A stretch of 64,000 nt of DNA, taken from NCBI GenBank assembly GCA_964035545.1, contig OZ037765.1:12658698-12722697 (forward strand). Reading direction: 5' to 3'. Source of the stretch: Bugula neritina (taxonomy: Eukaryota > Animalia > Bryozoa). The first letter of the stretch is position 1. The number at the start of each line of letters is the position of its first letter. A program made the translations under genes and the position numbers. This document shows positions 13,201-24,363 of the stretch, in pieces. The notes beneath the pieces are model-generated. The model did not search any database. It was not told where the DNA came from and saw only the letters and a list, made by a program, of their open reading frames with translations.

Positions 13201-16200
13201 AAAACTAGCATTACATTACGCAAGATATTTCTAGCAAAACAGCAATATTATTGGGTTACATACAAACAGAATTTGGTAACTATTGCAGTAATTGAACATC
13301 AGATACCTAGAAAGATTTAATAAAAAGAAAGAAAGAATTTGTAGTACTCGATTGAATTTTCTGAAAATCTAATTTAATTATGAGTACCAAACAACTCGAG
13401 TCCCTTAGTTGGGGTGTCCTATGCTTCAACTTTTGGTGAATAAAATAATTATCTTATTCTGAAAGTAAAGGCCAGCAGCATAAGCAGCAACTGTCATATA
13501 GCACCTAAATAACTGTAAGATGTAATTTTACAACAAACAGTAGGAAGTATGATTTGGAGTTATTACCTCATCAAGTAGTGAGAATATACTGGGAGAGCCG
13601 GACATCAGCTGCACACAGCTCTCGTTATCTGAACAGAGAAAGATTTCCTCCCAGACAACTCCTTCCTCTAAATACTCAGCCTGTATGTCTTTCAGATAAT
13701 GTTGCACAAAGTAGAGCTGCAGCCTCTCATTTGCGTAGTTTATACACAACTGCTCTAAGCTGTTCACTTGGAAGGACTCAAACCCATATATATCCAGAAG
13801 TCCTGTAATGTTATATTTACATAAATTGAGTTGCGTTTTAATATAAGATATAGTAACCAACATGCAAATCAGGGGGGTTGAACCCCTGAGGCACCTACTA
13901 TATGTCGTAATTTGTTATAGCAAAAGCATCGAGAATGCATTCCAAGTCTTTTAAATCTGTAGAAACATTACTTGTATTATAAAGAATACATTAGTGAATT
14001 TTTAACTTCTAAAGATATTATAATTGACAAGTAAATACTAAAAAATTTTTAGGCTTAGAGTAGAGAACATATTGAAATATTTAGAAAAGAAAATTATATT
14101 ATCTCATAATCAATCCAGTATTATATCCCCATAAAAACAATAAGATGCTAGCAGAAAATGACTAATAATATGTTAAACTGGTATCAGAATTAAAAGGAAC
14201 AAGCATTTGATAGTAATCTAGTTGATTTGAAACAATTTCTATTCCAACATGATTAACATCAGCACAAAAATTAACTACTCTGAAAGTTGGCTGCCATAGT
14301 GTGGATGTATAATACTTCTCTGTATAACTGATAATCACAATGAGTCATTATTAGAAAAAGAGATTTCATTAATGATTTGCTTAAATACATGCACTTGTAG
14401 GTTATGAATAACACTTTAAATCAACTGTGAGGGTAGACTATGAGGACAGTGTAATGTTAGAAGAGCAAATAGAGAAGAGGATGTTGGTATTTCAAGACTT
14501 TAGATGGAATCCCATAAACACATCCAACAATGGTCTGTTTGTTTTCAAAATGTAATCTCATAAGGTTGGTGCAACAAGCACTTTGCATTGGAATAAGCCG
14601 TGGGAGTTACTGCCCATGCAGCAAGATAAAATTTTAAAGCTCCACAGTTTGAAAAGTAAACAATATCTGACTCACCAATAAAAGAGGTGTGGGTCTCACT
14701 TTTTATCTTGCAGTTGACGTGATTGACCAGAAACTTGAAGAGACTGTAAAACATATTCAAGTCAATTATCAGATAGTGTCTGATTGAAGATGTGATCACA
14801 ACTTTGATGAACAGCAGTTGAAAAAGAAATAATTTCCAACTCTTACTACAACTAATAATACTAGATCAAAGAAATTTCCTAAAAATAAAACTCTTTTCCA
14901 GTAGCAGACTTTTTAAGCTACTAGACTCTAGAAAATAAGAATTCTTACTTGTCATAAAGCAGCTTGGCTATACAATCTCTTCTACTTTCAGCTTCTACCA
15001 TGGTGCAGGGTTTATAGAATACACTCTTCCTCCTGGCATGTGATGCGGATATACATCTGTATAGCAACAGTTGGGACAGCCTCTCTTTACTCATACCCAG
15101 TAACTCACTTGACTTCAGCAAGAAAGCTTCAGATGAATCTAAAAACATACAAGTATTACAAATGTCCTACAAAGTCACTAAGTTAAATCACAACCTTCGC
15201 CACAAATGAATTGTATTTGTCTCCACATGCCTTTTACCAACATATTGGAATAAAAACTCAAAATGTTGAAAAAATTACATAATATTATTTTTCAAATTAT
15301 ATAAAAATCGCCAAAAGATGTATGCAGTTTTCAGGCAAACCATGCTAAACCAAAGTGAAATTAGAAATGGGGGCAGCTACAGTTTCAGGTGGATGCTAGT
15401 GATCTTATTACTTAGTAAAAATGCATCAACCTACATACATTCAGACTGTCTACATTGAAAAAAACATCAGCATTATTCCTCTTAAATGTAAATTTTGTGA
15501 CTGCTTTGTCAGTCTTGTTGTCCTAGCCAAATACTGTGTAACGTTTTTGTATAATAAACTGGTGTAGCACTGGATGGTTTCTCTTTCCAGTTTTATTGAA
15601 TAGAAATTGGCAAATGAAATGCACAATATTATTTATTTTAATTTGGTAAATGATCAATTCAGATATTGATAGTAGAAAAAGTGGTATAGTCATAAATTTT
15701 GTGACAAAACTTAAAATAAATTTTAAGAAATATTGAAGCAAATAATTTACAAACTTCCATAAATGTATTGTAAACTAGAACAAATTAGTAGTAGACAATA
15801 GCGTGGAGTAACCATCACAGAGTGATAAAGGAGTCTGTAGCAAACTATGTCCAAGAAAAGATAACTACTACAAAAGCAAAAGTTTGCACATATGTTCTTA
15901 TGGACTGCTAATTGAAACAATGGTCTATGAAATAAAGGGCTAGAATGCAGTTTTGTTTCAAATGTCACTATTAAAACAATTGTACTAGTGGGAGTCTAGC
16001 ATAAAACCTTCTGGCATACGAAACTTCAAAAACTCAACATAAACATAAGTAGTATAACAAAAGAGCAGTTTAACACACCTGAAATCCGTATATCATCATT
16101 GTGCGGAACAAACTGTATGTTTCCTAAACACAGGATTCCTCCTAGAACCTATGTGATAGTAAATCAACAAGCTTGACCAAACACATTTGCATCATAAAAA

Positions 16201-19200
16201 CCATAATCACAATATAAACTCACTCTAGAAGACAAGTTGTAGAGGCAGAAGTGAAATAATAGAAATCACGTACTACACAGAGTAAATATTTCAAGACATT
16301 ATAGACAAGTCTCACAAAAGTTGAGAAATAAAATGTTCAATTGCAGAAGTAAAGTAAACATTATGTAATAAACAAAACATGAGTATAAGCTAAAAACATA
16401 AGTTTTATTAAGCAGCTTTCTAACAAAGAGTTAAAAAGAAGCATATTATTGAATATACATGAAACTGTATTTATTCTGTGGGTGACATAAATCATTGCTG
16501 AAATGTTAGCAAAACAAATTAATATGTTCCTAGTATAGGTAGTGCAGCTACCCATCTTAAAATAAGCCAAAGTGATTAGAAACTTACTTGAGACACAAGA
16601 GATATGACTCGTGGTTCTCATGGAAATGTTACTGGAAAAAAACTCGCGCAGGTTTGAAGTCACCATCCCTGTGAGAACCTCTGATGAAAGGGGTTTTAGT
16701 TAAATCAGGCTACGGACTTATTTAAATGTGATACAAGATCAATTATAACTGGATGCTCTTCCTAACATCGCCAATGACCGTTGTCAGGGTTCGAACCCGT
16801 GATTTCATGTTTACTAAGCCGATGCTCTAACCTCTAGACCACGACTGCTCCCTGCAACTATTACTTAAAGCCACCCATTGAATGCTCACCTCGAAGATCT
16901 GGTGCTGATGTGTTCCTGTAAAACCAGCATCCCGCCACATCTGTAAGAACCTTGACCAGCTGTCATATTCATATCCTGAAAGAAAATACTCAAATTATGC
17001 AATATTATATACAATTATACAATCTCATATACAATCATACAGTATTATATACAATAATAGATACAATATATACAATTATAAAATACAATGTTACCACAAA
17101 AAGTCAAAAATCAAATACACCTTAAAATGTAAATTAGCTTTTCATATGCACTTGATCAATATCTTGTAAAACTTTGGAATTTTAAAACTGTTGTTTTAAT
17201 GTTATAAAGCCAGCAAAAACACAGCTACTATAATGAATAGTTATAATTTATATACAATAGGCAACCATAGGACAAATAAACACTTACACGTAAACCTAAA
17301 CATACATATAGCCTTATTTCTTACCATTATTTGGAGTAGATTTGGCATATTGATAAACTTTTGCATCCCCTACCAAATATCGCTCCCTATCCTCAGCAGA
17401 TAAGCCTTCTAAAAACTTTTGAGAAAACAGAACACATACAGATAAATATTAGCAACAAAATACAGGAACTTTCTATCCAAATTCTTTTGAAAGAACAAAG
17501 TTTGAATATAATTTAAATTGCAACTAATAATCACTACTTAAATATTCAATATTGTATGCTATATAATAGTGCTAATACCTGATAAAATATATGAAAGTTG
17601 AAGTTGTCTACTCCCTGATGCACAACTCTAGTTTTCTCGAGCAAGTAGGTTTGAATATAAGCCCCAACAATTGAAGTGTTATCATCAAACTGCAGCACTA
17701 TATATTTGCCAAATCTCGACGAGTTATCATTGCATTTTGTGCAAGCATTACCTGCCAAAATAAAAAAAAGTTAAAATAAGAAAATTGCAAAAAAGCTGGA
17801 GTTACAAGGTCAAATACTCATATAATAAAAAATTATTTAAAATTTATATCATCTCTAATTATTATCATTCAGCTTCACCACAAGTTCATTTACATTTCAA
17901 CTTTTAACAGCAGTAATCTTAGACTTATAACACTTTATCATCTACTCACTTTCATATGTCAGGTGGACACACTTACCAAATGCCTCCAGAACCGGGCTGA
18001 AAGATAACACTTGCTGCTCCAAATGTTGTGCGTGTCTTTTAGTTGGGGTTTGTGTATTGTATGTTGTGATCCAATTCAATAGATACTTTGTGCTTTCAGT
18101 CTGCAACACTCTCGAGATAAAACTACTGCCATATTAAACATGTGCTTCTCAAGCAGTCTTGAGACCCTTGTTGCATTCTAGGCAATCGAAACATTTTTAC
18201 ATAAAAAAAGCAGTGAAATAATTGACTGGGCAAACATAATTGAAAAAGTGTTAAGTTAACATAATGAGCATGTTGAATATTATACTATAAGCAAAGTCTC
18301 CCATTTGTGACAAGAAACTTACCTTGCCTGATCCACTCTCTCCACTGACTACAACACTTGTGTTAGATTTCTCACCAGCCACTTTTCTGATTGAGTTAAC
18401 AGCATTCTCGGCAATTTTGTAAATATGAGGCTGAAAAAACACTTACAAAATTATACTTGTGTCGATTAGTGACTACCAATAGACTGCAACAAGTACAAAC
18501 CTCAACTTTCTATACCTATTTCCGAAAATCTATGGGCTTAACATTCGTCTAGGATCACAAATACTTTAGCTTAAAATTATATTTCTGGTGACAACATATT
18601 TTATTACCTCATCACACTTCAATGGAGTATTAGGTTGATTCAAGCGAAAAGGTGAATTTATAAAACGGTATGGATTAACGGCCACTAGAGTTGTTCCAGC
18701 CCATGTGTAGATCTTATCTTGAAAAAACCGCTGTTTCAACAACTCTAAAACTGGCAACAGACAACAATCATTACTGCCTTTAAACCAAGACATAAGTGTC
18801 AGAATATTGCAGGTCAAACACAGGACATGAATGCAAATTAGTTAGTCCATTTTAGGTTAACACACCACCCTGGCTAGCACAAGCAGAATGTAAACGAATA
18901 TACAAAATTAGAGAGACTCCTTGGTCTTAAAAATAAATATGTACAAATTTGGCAGTTTTGGAATGCTTTATTCTCCATGTTAGACTATTTGCCTGTACAG
19001 GGGTTGGGTTGGTTCTAAAACTCTCAAAATGATATAAGAATAAAAAACAGTAAGTTTAAGAAAACTGCATAAGAAAGGAGCCTAATTCTATCAAAATTTA
19101 GTTTAAAAAAGAAAAGTGAGTTTAACGTTTTGAAAGTTAAATCTTCATAAAAAAACGTTTTAGATATTGTCTTCAGTATCTCAAAACGATGTAATGATTT

Positions 19201-20119
19201 TGTATAAGAGTATACGTAGTTCAATACATTTAGGAGCTACAGTTTAAATGCAGGGAAAATTTAGTCTAGAATAAATATATGCTTGTAGCTTGCAGGCAAA
19301 GAGCAGACAGTACTCAGTACACAAACTAACCAATACTATTTTCTTCAGTGATTGAGAACAGATATAATACTCATTTAGGATAAACATTGGTTACATTTGA
19401 ATAGTCATTACTAAAATATCCATTGCAAAGTTTTATTTTTCAGCCTACAAAAAATAGTTCCGCTTATGTAGTTCTTGGTTCAGTGTCTAGAAAATTATTG
19501 CTTAATTTCAACCAAACAACTTCTCATGCTATAAAGTTCTGCTACAACTACCAGCTATTCAAACTGCAATGATGCATCCCAAACTAGGCCATTTATATGT
19601 CTAAAAGTAATTCTGGAATATAAAATGGGATAATTTTTATACAAAAGCAATAAAATATCAATTAGAGCCAGTCTAATAAATTATTATAGTTCTAAGACAC
19701 AATAATGTTTTGTAGGCACAAAATACAGTCAAAAAACTTAATAACGGATGAGATAAGAAGTTTCTGCAATGTAAATGGAGAGAAATAATAGCATAAAAGG
19801 TCAAGCCAACTATCACATTGAACAACAAGCTCTCATTGCAACTATTAATCAGTTTCATGATTGATTTGTTGTTACCTAGTAATCAAATGTATTCATAATG
19901 TATAGCTATTGCATAAGTTGCAGAGGCAATAAAAAGGCAATACATTTTGGTTCTCAGCTCACAGCATTATATATAATATTAAAATAGTCATCACTGCAAT
20001 GATAAACACTTATGGTAGTAAAAAATTGTTTTAATTGATGAGTAGACTTAGGCCTACTTACTTGTGCTATTAGTGAGAATGCTCAACTGATCAGCATCAG
20101 ATAGCAGTGGCGACTCCAT
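4226..20119 (-). CDS. MYO19: Unconventional myosin XIX, about 20 coding exons
   Basis: Exons (approx.): 20119-20062, 18750-18608 ([14 protein letters not shown]), 18430-18323 (GESGSGK), 18100-17977, 17751-17579 ([16 protein letters not shown]), 17415-17325, 16975-16890, 16148-16079, 15138-14949, 14743-14676, 13802-13568 ([35 protein letters not shown]), 12235-12062 (ECQLNR...HYAG), 11585-11454, 9830-9652 (YVRCIKPN), 9349-9146, 6598-6482, 6186-6053 (IQ), 5706-5563, 4681-4554, 4330-4226 ([13 protein letters not shown]...*). GNACT, ECxLNR, FVxHYL and the short tail ending in KxxFH match class XIX as I recall it. Confidence 0.88.
5233..5444 (+). mobile_element. tRNA-derived SINE with target-site duplication
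   Basis: A-box-like gagcagccgtgatctag, B box gggttcgaaccc, central agaaagagcatccagtcataattgctcctgt; flanked by taaactgggaaca (5220-5232) and taaactgagaaca (5445-5457). Confidence 0.85.
7678..7799. mobile_element. MITE fragment nested in the hAT element (aaaatggcac repeats, ggacacc end)
   Basis: Internally palindromic: aatggcac repeats face gtgccatt repeats; same family as 8045-8246. Confidence 0.65.
8045..8246. mobile_element. MITE nested in the hAT element with subterminal ggcac repeats and a G-rich ggttaggg core
   Basis: Starts ggtgtcctgtaaaaacggcac, has repeated aaatggcac and ends with inverted gtgccatttttacct. Confidence 0.65.
11199..11411 (-). mobile_element. tRNA-derived SINE with perfect 19-bp TSD
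   Basis: Reverse complement of the 5233 family; aaactggtttactaaaaac occurs at both 11180-11198 and 11412-11430. Confidence 0.9.
16645..16852 (-). mobile_element. tRNA-derived SINE copy
   Basis: gggttcgaaccc B box, ggatgctcttcctaacatcgcc core and gaccacgactgctccc 5' end; same family. Confidence 0.85.
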
Positions 20120-20689
20120 AACCAACAACAAATTCTACAGAGAAAATGAAAACAAGCATACTGTACTGTTATATTATTATCTATTTTAAATATGCAAAAG
20201 AAAACAGGTAAAAATTAGGAGCCACTAAACCAAATTAAAAATATTGAAACTTATAGTTGTACTTAATCTTATGGTTATTTGCTAATTCAATAAAAGCACA
20301 GACTTTGTGCAACTATTCTCTGCTCAGCCTGCCTTAAATTAAAATTCAGACCAGGCATTGATGAGTTGTGAACAAATCAGCTTGCATAACCTACAGTCTC
20401 AAAAAGTTTGCAACAATTACCATAATGATATTGATAATCATAATGCGCTAAATTATTCATGTGACTATTTTTATAAAATTACAACTTACACCGTACACGT
20501 AGAGTTAGTTTTAGACATACTGATACCTAAAAATACTTATATATATACTTATAGTTATAGTGGTAGAAACAATATGGATATACAATTAATACTCATATTA
20601 TATTATATTTATTATTATAAATGGTAACTTAAACTGTAAGTACTAGTCAACTAGTAGTTAGTAAGTTACACTTACAGTCAGTGTTACTG

Positions 20690-20706
20690 ACTAGTAGTAG
20701 TAGTAC

Positions 20707-20798
<92 letters not shown>

Positions 20799-20816
20799 AT
20801 ACTAATAGTAGTAGTA
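20690..20816. repeat. (AGT)n microsatellite
   Basis: Seen directly. Confidence 0.95.
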
Positions 20817-20899
20817 ACAAATTGCCATCAACTTCAGGCTAAATCTACAACATTACAAATTGAAATACATGATATTTGATGATATAAGTTGAAAAGTTC

Positions 20900-21650
20900 A
20901 AATCATAACGTTATAATAATGAAACGGTTAATGGGGAGATGCACTTTTTAGAAATGAACCATAATCAAAACGAAAATGATAACGGTAATTATGTTCTGAT
21001 AAAAGAAGTAATAGTCATAGTGATAGCTGCAAGAATCGGGATGCGAGTTTATATCAGAGTGGTATATATACCACACTGGTTTAAATTTTCCCCCGATGGC
21101 CAATAGTTTATTCAATCTGTAGCATGCACGCACCAACTACAAACAAATGCATTTGCCTGCTACAAAACATCTGTTCAAAGGTGTATACGTATAGGGAAAG
21201 TAACTCTATAACAACAACAACCGAGTTGCATGGTAAACAAATGGCTTTATAAGCAGCTCCAAGTTAGGGGTGATTGAGTGCAATAGTTTGCAATTCTCAA
21301 GTTTAGAGTTGGGTGTTCAAAGTTCCAATCATCGAACTCAATAATATCTATTCCAGCTCAGTGGTTTCAATCTAAACCTCCAACTCCAAACTTGAGAGCC
21401 GCAAACTACTACACTTAGTCACTCCCGATTTAAAGCTGCTTATAGAACTATTTGTAATAAACTCTATTATAAATAACAACATAATTCTTACACACACAAA
21501 AGTTCGAAGTTGAAAAAGGAGTTACGGTGCCTCCGAAAATGTAGTCTAGAATACATGTAGATTTAGGTGTAAGGTCAAGGTTACATCTATCGAAACTTCC
21601 CAAGTTGTCCAGTGTGAGTATTAGATTAAGATTTAGTACGAGTATCAGTA
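20900..21650. promoter_or_regulatory. Probable bidirectional promoter region between MYO19 and Rab24
   Basis: The genes are divergent. Both first coding exons are preceded by splice acceptors (ctgtag near 20136 on minus; ttgcag at 24342 on plus), so 5'UTR exons lie between them. CpG is locally more frequent here. TSS positions are inferred. Confidence 0.45.
21247..21445. mobile_element. MITE with long imperfect terminal inverted repeats (tataagcagc...gctgcttatag)
   Basis: About 70 bp of each end is inverted-complementary; second copy at 25667-25821. Confidence 0.8.
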
Positions 21651-24363
21651 TGAGTGAATCATTATCATAATCATACACTACAGTTATTGTTTTATTTTTG
21701 TTATTGTCACGATCACTGTACCTAAAGCTCTGTTAGTGACCTACACTTAGTATGACTTAATTGTATTTACAGTACTAACTAAAAGTTAAACTTGAAGTTA
21801 ATGTTAGGCTATTTTATTTACTTTTACTTTTAGTTTTAGTTTTACAATTAGTATTACTATTAGTATTACTTTTAGTTCAAGTGCTCAGCCCTATAGTTAT
21901 ATTTATGAATAGAATTATATGATTCAGACTTATAGTTGTTATAATATATCACAGGTAAATTTGAACTAATGAATAACTATAAGTAGATTATAAAATTAAA
22001 TGTTAATTCTAAAACTGACACGTAAAAGTTTGAAATTGGTGAATTTCAATTTTATTACATTTACTGTTAGTGTTACTGTATCAGTGTAAGACTAAGAGTA
22101 AGTGTGCGTGTATTGGTTTTAGACTAGTCTAGCATTCGTATTAGTATTACTGCATTACTATTACTTATACTTATACTGCTATTACTATTAGCTTAAGCTT
22201 CTGCTTGTATTTATTATAATTGTATTTATTATCATTATAATTATTATGATTTATTAATTATTTTTATGCTTATACCTATAGTTGTACTTATATAGTTATA
22301 TGTTTCTGAGCTGGGTCTCAGACAATTAATCATTTAAATTCGGTTGGTGACATGTCAGTTGTCAACTTTGACAAAATGAGAATCAATTTTATTTTTAGTT
22401 ATGACTTTTGTAGTTTCTGAATAAACTTCAAAATGGGGACAATTAATTTGTAAGGCTCACTTTATTTTAACTGTAAGAGTCAGCTCTGTGCATGAAAGAC
22501 AGACATCTATGAGTTCTTGCTGCTTGTTCTTATGTAATCATTTTAAGGGCTTAAATAATTTAACTCTTTATAATTATCTGCGTTATTATGTAACAGTTCA
22601 TTATACAATTGTAAACTTTACCATTAACACATAGTTGTTTTTAGTACTATTCTTAAGTTGTTTAACCATTTATACTGGCACACCATAAAGTTTCACATCT
22701 GTCGCCTCTCCTCTACCTCTATAAACAAATGATTTCTAGCTATAAATTGGCTGTAGCTTTTGTAGTTGCTAGCATTCTACTGGTGTATTTTGTGCTGTGA
22801 ACATATTCTACACTTTCAATAAAACATATATTCTTGTTGAAGCAGTCTATACAGATTATTGGAGTTTTGTATCTAACTAGTGGGTTAAGCTAGCAGTAGC
22901 AAGAAGTAAACCAATAGTAAGTGTACTTTAGTCTACAGAGCTGTAGTGAGAGAGATAATCACCATGATCGGTCCTTTTGACTTTCAGTTTTATTGCTGCT
23001 GTATATAAAAATGTGGTTGTACTTGTAATAATAATTAGTAATTGTAATATAAATAATTAAATTTCATATTGACAAACTACTAGGAGTATTAGTATTTCTT
23101 TTAGCTGAAAACCTAAACCACTAACTGACAACTGTACAGGGACAAGTGGCTCTCTTGTGTTTTTTTCTTAATTTTCTTCTTCAAGTTGTATTAAAGTTTT
23201 ATTATAATATTTTGTTCTATTTATTTTTTATGAAGCTATCTCTCTAAACTGGGGCTCTATTTGGGTCAAGGCACACATCTTTGTTGTATTCAAATGCCTT
23301 TATTTTCATTTATTGGCTTTTCTAACAAGTAATGCCCACTGAAACCACTCAAACCTGTTTAGTTGCAGTAACATGCAGTTTGATTTTGAATACATAGCCT
23401 GGAGTCAGTGTTAGCAAACAACTGGTTGCTAAATAAAACTTGTTTGTAACTTATGAACTGGTAATTTAAAAATTATGACAAATAAGGTTACTGCTGTTAA
23501 GATCTATTGCTTCCGTATTAATTTATAATGAAACTGACATTCTAGAATCTATATGCTTTAGTATATTAATATTGGAGAGAGAATTTTTTTCACTCCATTA
23601 TCTTTAAAGCTTACGTATCTAAAATAGGCAGTTTCATTGTATATTTAACAGGATTTAGCTAATCTAGTTTAAATGAAAAGTTGATTGTTCATTGAAGTTG
23701 TATGTAATGTCACTATAGCATCATTCTATCTGGCATAATATTACTTTCTCTGTGCTAGCCTGGTTGTCATTTTGAATAATTTGAGAAAGCATATACCAAT
23801 CTATATACCAAATGGCAACCATACAGTGAAAACATGCAATTTCAAAAAGATGGGAATGTGCTTTGTTGATAGCAAAGATTGTTACACCAACTTTTCACTT
23901 CACATGTGACTGCTGTATTTACTCAATACCCTTTACAACGGCTAGTTTCTTTAACATGAGTGATTAGTGTTCTATGTTAATAGAACACTTCAAAATATTT
24001 ATAAACACTTCAAAATAATATCTACATACAAATAAGCTTTAATGTATAGTCGTATTTTGATTTCAGTGAAGACTTTTAGAGGCAGGTTAATATCATGTTT
24101 CCAATTTTTCAGCCGTCAGTTTATATACATATATATGATTATTATACATCACTGGTACACAACTTTCATATTTAGTATAAACAACTAAAATTATTAATAT
24201 TATAATTATAGTAGATATTTTATCAAATTTATCCCATAATTGTCACATTTGCATTTTGTATTCACTTAGAATTGAGTATTCACAAAAACCTGTCACTCAG
24301 TTCAACAATAAAATCTGACAATACATGTTATTTTGGTTGCAGTTTTCTAGTGCATGTGCAAAC

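Noticed and set aside
19330-19445. Possible extra MYO19 exon
   Set aside because: Stops in the frames tested from its acceptor; 20062 joins 18750 in phase. A UTR or alternative exon is not excluded.
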